Assembly: GCA_903906305.1 (NCBI GenBank)
Contig: CAIVJR010000003.1
Span: forward strand, 1 to 56,874
Reading direction: 5' to 3'
Source: an uncultured bacterium
GTDB lineage: Bacteria; Patescibacteriota; Dojkabacteria; SC72
Length of the DNA stretch: 56,874 nt
The notes beneath the pieces are model-generated. The model was not told the origin of the DNA. It made no database searches and was given only the letters and a program-made list of their open reading frames with translations. The translations under genes and the position numbers were made by a program. Shown here in pieces: positions 52,494-56,874 of this stretch. Positions within the stretch are counted from its first letter, which is position 1, and each line of letters opens with the position of its first letter.

Positions 52494-53717
52494 ATGACTA
52501 CAGTAAAAACCGATCCAGAAATAATACAAAGAATATTAGAAAAAGGAGTAGAACAAATACTCCCTTCAAAAGACGCACTAAAAGAGAAATTACTCTCAGG
52601 ACAAAGATTAAACATATACCAAGGCTTTGATCCTACCGGTGAGACATTACACATAGGACACAGCGTTGGAATGAGAAAATTAGAAGATTTTAGAAAGCTA
52701 GGACACCATGTCATATTCCTCATTGGAGATTTTACCGCAAGAATAGGGGATCCTACAGACAAGGCAGCTACTAGAAAAATGCTTACAAAAGAAGATGTAG
52801 AGAACAATATGAAAAAATACATTGAGCAAGCTTCCCACATTATCGATATGAAGAATACTGAAAATCCAGTAGAAGTGATGTACAACAGCACATGGTTAGA
52901 GAAGTTAGACTTTGGAGAAATAATTAATCTAGCATCCGAATTCACAGTACAACAACTTTTAAAACGAGATATGTTCCAAAAACGATTAGAAGCTAACAAA
53001 CCAATTCATCTAAATGAATTCTTGTATCCATTAATGCAGGGGTATGACTCCGTAATGATGGATATAGATATTGAAATAGGGGGAAATGACCAACTCTTCA
53101 ATATGCTCTCCGGTAGAGATATGGTTATGAACCACCTCAAAAAAGAAAAAATTGTATTAGCTGGGAAATTACTCGAGGATCCAAATGGAGACAAGATGGG
53201 AAAGACCACTGGAAATATGATTAGGATGGATGACAAACCAGAAGATATCTATGGCAAGGTTATGACCTTTACCGATGGAATGATCCTCATAGGGTTTGAG
53301 ATATTAACGGTAGCAACATTAGAAGAGTTAGAGACATACAAGAAGAGATTAGATTCTGGAGAGAATCCAATGGTACTCAAAAAAGAGTTAGCCTTAAGAG
53401 TAACAGAAGAGATAACCTCAAAAGAAGATGCTCAGAAAGCGCAACAATACTTTCAAGAGGTGTTCCAGAACAAAGAAGACAGTGAAAAGATACAAGAAAT
53501 TAAAGTAAACAAGGCAGTATTCCAGATTGGGGAACTTTTGGTAACTGTTGGTTTTGCAGGAAGTAAATCCATTGCAAGAAGATTAGTAGATCAAGGTGCC
53601 GTAAAGATTAACAACGAAAAGATATCTGATTGGGATTGCAAGGTTGATATTGCTTCCTACCCATCACTATTACTAAAGGTAGGAAAACAGTTATGTCACA
53701 TTACAGTAAAGACATAA
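52494..53717 (+). CDS. tyrS: tyrosine--tRNA ligase
   Basis: 407 aa. HIGH motif (LHIGH), KMSKS variant KMGKT, C-terminal S4 domain. Confidence 0.9.
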   Translation: MTTVKTDPEIIQRILEKGVEQILPSKDALKEKLLSGQRLNIYQGFDPTGETLHIGHSVGMRKLEDFRKLGHHVIFLIGDFTARIGDPTDKAATRKMLTKEDVENNMKKYIEQASHIIDMKNTENPVEVMYNSTWLEKLDFGEIINLASEFTVQQLLKRDMFQKRLEANKPIHLNEFLYPLMQGYDSVMMDIDIEIGGNDQLFNMLSGRDMVMNHLKKEKIVLAGKLLEDPNGDKMGKTTGNMIRMDDKPEDIYGKVMTFTDGMILIGFEILTVATLEELETYKKRLDSGENPMVLKKELALRVTEEITSKEDAQKAQQYFQEVFQNKEDSEKIQEIKVNKAVFQIGELLVTVGFAGSKSIARRLVDQGAVKINNEKISDWDCKVDIASYPSLLLKVGKQLCHITVKT

Positions 53718-53745
53718 CTCCAGGGGAAAAAATATTTTAAATATT

Positions 53746-53767
53746 AATCCCCAACATGGGGATTTTT
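53746..53767 (+). terminator. hairpin plus T-tract after tyrS
   Basis: AATCCCC-aacat-GGGGATT followed by TTT. Ends 4 nt before the rel start codon. Confidence 0.5.
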
Positions 53768-53771
53768 AATT

Positions 53772-55175
53772 ATGGAAGAAATTGAAAAGATACAACAGAA
53801 GATATTACAAAAAAGTCCAAGAGCCTTTTCAAAAGAGATAGGCAAGGCTATGGAATATATTGAAGGTAGAGATATCGCTTTAATTAAGCATCTCTTAAAT
53901 ACTGCCTTAATTGTTGCAGAACAAGGCTTTGATGCAACTACAATCATAGCCGCAATATTACATGATGCAGAGCCAGACGAAACATTTGATGATGAGATCT
54001 TAGGTATTGTAAAAGGAGTACGACATATTGAAGCAACAACTAAGAATGAAGATACTAAAGATGAAATCATAACCAAATATATATTGAACAATGCAAAAGA
54101 TTTAAGATCTGTGATCATAAAATTAGCCAGTGTATTAGAAAAGGTTAAACATATAGAGGATTTCAAACCAGAAAAACAAAAATTGTACTTAAGACAAGCA
54201 ATAACTATATATTCGAGTATTGCAGAATATTTGGATTTAGGAAATATCAAAACAGAACTGGAAGAAAAAGTTTTTGAAATAACTTTACCTGCAGAGTACG
54301 AAGCCGTAAAACAAAGATATGAAGAGTTTGGAATAAATAATCAACTTCTTGAACAATACGAGGAACTCTTAAAAAGAAATATAAATGGTTTAGATGTAGA
54401 AATTTATGGTCGAGCAAAGAGTAAGTATAGTATATATAACAAACTCAAGAAATATGAGAAGGAATGGAGAAATCCCGATATTAAATCTATTACTGATTTA
54501 ATTGCATTCAGATGTGTAACAAAAACTTTTGAGGACTGTTTTAATGTGTTAGAAAAAGTCATGGATTCCGGTGAATTGGATACTGAACACTTCCATGATT
54601 ATATTTCTACACCTAAACCTAATGGGTACATGGCGATACACTGTTTTATTATTTTTAATAAAATTTCTCAATTAGCAATAGAAGTTCAAATTTTAACTGA
54701 TGAAATGCATAAAGCAAATACATATGGTAAAGCATCGCATATTGCATATAAGGCTAGTAAAAGCAGATATGCCAATCCTACAGACAAATATGATTGGGTC
54801 GAAGAAGTACATAACGCCATACAAAAAAATATTAAAAATCGAGATACCTATATAGATACACCAATCAATATTAACCTCTTCCAAGAAGATATTTTTGCAT
54901 TTACTCCAAAGGGAGAAATCATACCTCTCTCAAAAGGAGATACTGCATTAGATTTTGCATACAGAATACATTCACAAATTGGCAACAGTGCAGTAGGAGT
55001 TAAGATAAATGGAAAGGCTGCAGGATTAGGACAAACACTTGAAACCGGAGATATGGTAGAGATAAAAACACAAAAAGATAAGGTCCATCAGAACATGGGA
55101 GCATTACAGCATGTAAATTCTCAAAGTACCAAGGCAAGAATATTAAAAACTATTTTAAAGCATCAAAAAAATTGA
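53772..55175 (+). CDS. RelA/SpoT homologue ((p)ppGpp synthetase with HD domain and TGS domain, no ACT)
   Basis: 467 aa. HD motif ILHDAE, synthetase motifs FRCV..YISTPKPNGYMAIH..EVQILT..ASHIAYK, and a TGS domain (FTPKGEIIPL..GD..DFAY.IH). The KLADRLHN hydrolase motif is degenerate (KLASVLEK). Confidence 0.8.
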   Translation: MEEIEKIQQKILQKSPRAFSKEIGKAMEYIEGRDIALIKHLLNTALIVAEQGFDATTIIAAILHDAEPDETFDDEILGIVKGVRHIEATTKNEDTKDEIITKYILNNAKDLRSVIIKLASVLEKVKHIEDFKPEKQKLYLRQAITIYSSIAEYLDLGNIKTELEEKVFEITLPAEYEAVKQRYEEFGINNQLLEQYEELLKRNINGLDVEIYGRAKSKYSIYNKLKKYEKEWRNPDIKSITDLIAFRCVTKTFEDCFNVLEKVMDSGELDTEHFHDYISTPKPNGYMAIHCFIIFNKISQLAIEVQILTDEMHKANTYGKASHIAYKASKSRYANPTDKYDWVEEVHNAIQKNIKNRDTYIDTPININLFQEDIFAFTPKGEIIPLSKGDTALDFAYRIHSQIGNSAVGVKINGKAAGLGQTLETGDMVEIKTQKDKVHQNMGALQHVNSQSTKARILKTILKHQKN

Positions 55176-55188
55176 TAATATAGTCAAT

Positions 55189-55299
55189 ATGAAAAGAGAA
55201 ACATCTAAAAAAATTCGTAATGTTATCAATGTAGCCACAGCTATCATATTACTAGGAGGAATACTTGTACCAATTATTCTCACCCTTATTAATATATAA
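55189..55299 (+). CDS. 36-aa single-TM micro-protein
   Basis: Not in the ORF track. MKRETSKKIRNVINVATAIILLGGILVPIILTLINI. Extended -10 TGATAATAT (55173-55181) lies 7 nt upstream of the ATG. Confidence 0.4.
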   Translation: MKRETSKKIRNVINVATAIILLGGILVPIILTLINI

Positions 55300-55305
55300 T
55301 AGGGA

Positions 55306-56874
55306 ATGGATTCAAATTCCAATATCACCCAAATCAAAGGAATAGGAGAGGCTTTAGCTTCTAAATTTGAGAAGCTAAATATCTTTACAATCAAAGACTT
55401 ACTCTTCCACATACCATACAAATATCAGGACACATCTGAAGTACTCTCAATTGAGCAATTTCTTCTTGCAGGAAAAGGTACATTCATAGCAGAGATTGTA
55501 AGTGTAAAAACCTTCTATACTCGATTTAAAAAGCAGATAACCACCGTAAGAGTAAAAGACGATACTGGCTCACTCAGCCTAATATATTTCAACCAACCAT
55601 ATCTTTCCAAAACATTAGGCATAGGAGAACTTTACCTTTTCAATGCCCAGGTTACCTTAAAAGCTGGCAAAAGGAATATATATAACCCAAAGATTGAGAA
55701 GTTAAAAGATGATGTATCTCAACAAACCCATTTAGGAAAATTAATCAGCGTATATTCAGAAACCAAAGGACTTTCATCTCGAATTCTTCGAACAAAGATT
55801 AAAGAATTAAAACCTGATGTTAAAAAAATAATTATAGATCCTTTAGATAGTAGGATATTAGTACAAAACAATCTGCTTACACTTCCTGACTCAATTGAAA
55901 AAATCCATTTTCCTGAAACTAATGATGAAATTATCTCTGCTCGAGAAAGACTCTCCTTTGATGAGATGCTTAAGATTGCATTTCGAATTGAAAAAGAGGT
56001 ATTAGAACAGAAGAAAGAAAAAGCAAAACCAATCAAGATAGATGCAAAACTAACTAATCAATTCATAAAATCACTACCATATACATTAACAGATGATCAG
56101 AATAGTTCCTTAGAAACAATTCTCGATGAGATATCAAAAGAGAAGCCAATGAATCGACTACTCAATGGAGATGTAGGTAGTGGAAAAACAGTAGTATCTG
56201 CAATAGCAATATTAAACACAATCAGCGCAGGCTATTCAGCAATACTAATAGCTCCAACCACGGTATTAGCCACCCAACATTTTGAAACATTCAAAAAACT
56301 CTTCAAAGATTTTGATCTCCAAGTTGAATTGTGTATTTCATCCGAAAAAACAATTACGGATGCTAGCAACAAACTAATAATCGGTACCCATGCAATTCTT
56401 TACCAACAAGAATTACCCTCTGATTTAAATCTAGTTGTAATTGATGAACAGCATAGATTTGGGGTAGAGCAGAGAAAGTATTTAAAAACCAAAACAAAGA
56501 ATACACCACATTACTTAACCATGACTGCAACTCCAATTCCAAGAAGTTTAACCGAGATATTCTTTGGAAATTTAGATGTATCAGAGATAAAAGAAAAACC
56601 GGCGGATAGAAAAGAGATAAAGACATATTACACACCATATACCAAACGAAATGATTGCTTTGATTGGATAGTAAAAAAAATAAAAGATTCGAATTTCAAA
56701 GAACAAGCCTTTGTCATATATCCACTCATTGAAGAATCTGAAAAAACCGCAGTCAAATCAGTTCTAAATGAATTCACTTCTCTCCAGGAGAAATATGTGA
56801 ATATGAAGATTGCTTTCATGCACGGAAAGTTAAAACCAAAAAACAAAGAGCAGATATTAAATGATTTTAGAGAT
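55306..56874 (+). CDS. recG: ATP-dependent DNA helicase RecG (3' end truncated by the window)
   Basis: Open frame from ATG 55306 to the window end (523 codons, no stop), absent from the ORF track. Wedge/OB N-domain, GDVGSGKT, DEQHRFG, TATPIPR. Confidence 0.85.
   Translation, partial: MDSNSNITQIKGIGEALASKFEKLNIFTIKDLLFHIPYKYQDTSEVLSIEQFLLAGKGTFIAEIVSVKTFYTRFKKQITTVRVKDDTGSLSLIYFNQPYLSKTLGIGELYLFNAQVTLKAGKRNIYNPKIEKLKDDVSQQTHLGKLISVYSETKGLSSRILRTKIKELKPDVKKIIIDPLDSRILVQNNLLTLPDSIEKIHFPETNDEIISARERLSFDEMLKIAFRIEKEVLEQKKEKAKPIKIDAKLTNQFIKSLPYTLTDDQNSSLETILDEISKEKPMNRLLNGDVGSGKTVVSAIAILNTISAGYSAILIAPTTVLATQHFETFKKLFKDFDLQVELCISSEKTITDASNKLIIGTHAILYQQELPSDLNLVVIDEQHRFGVEQRKYLKTKTKNTPHYLTMTATPIPRSLTEIFFGNLDVSEIKEKPADRKEIKTYYTPYTKRNDCFDWIVKKIKDSNFKEQAFVIYPLIEESEKTAVKSVLNEFTSLQEKYVNMKIAFMHGKLKPKNKEQILNDFRD

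Noticed and set aside
1-56874. CRISPR arrays, rRNA genes, transposases, integrases or prophage boundaries
   Set aside because: No regularly spaced direct repeats, no rRNA-like sequence and no recombinase-like ORF were seen. The tRNA loci at 29.2 and 33.2 kb are not followed by integrase genes, and I saw no duplicated tRNA 3' ends.
1-56874. Alternative genetic code (UGA recoding, as in Gracilibacteria/Absconditabacteria)
   Set aside because: Conserved genes (iscS, typA, pyk, ftsI, tyrS and others) are full length with the standard code. TGA is used as a terminal stop, for example at 21014-21016.

Overview
AT-rich, very gene-dense 56.9-kb chromosomal segment read with the standard genetic code. 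It looks like a reduced-genome monoderm bacterium of the CPR/Patescibacteria type; this taxon call is inference from gene content only. The window has tiny intergenic spacers, seven convergent gene pairs whose stop codons overlap, many small membrane or hypothetical proteins, and no respiratory or large biosynthetic operons. I saw no rRNA, CRISPR array, transposase or integrase. Recognisable content: a heliorhodopsin at the left edge followed by an MFS transporter; a GT2 plus GT-C glycosylation pair; an iscS-iscU-mnmA sulfur-relay operon; DUF2779 nuclease, M16 peptidase, ABC-F ATPase and desulfoferrodoxin genes; two LiaF-like membrane proteins; typA; a four-gene secreted surface operon ending in a dockerin protein and a cohesin protein; an RRM RNA-binding protein; a NatAB-like ABC exporter; a membrane cytochrome-b5-like protein; queH; an atypical orphan OmpR-type regulator; def; three tRNAs (Leu-CAG, Cys-GCA, Leu-TAA); secG; pyk. 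The cell-wall/division (dcw) genes are split into ftsW-murG-ddl, an inverted murF, and mraZ-rsmH-ftsL-ftsI-mraY. The right side holds tatD, rsmI, truB, rarA, tyrS, a Rel/SpoT homologue and a 3'-truncated recG that the ORF track misses. Main observations: (1) the heliorhodopsin has a complete retinal-pocket signature; (2) an extended -10 box (TGnTAnnnT, often GTGGTAAAAT) sits 6-7 nt upstream of many ATG start codons, implying widespread leaderless mRNAs, and it lets several starts and micro-ORFs be re-called; (3) three AGTGG repeats at 10-bp phasing lie on the mraZ promoter; (4) the cohesin/dockerin surface operon; (5) a three-gene operon of acidic orphan proteins; (6) an island of small membrane proteins led by Shine-Dalgarno (SD) ribosome-binding sites. 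Everything here was read by eye with no searches, so family assignments need HMM confirmation.
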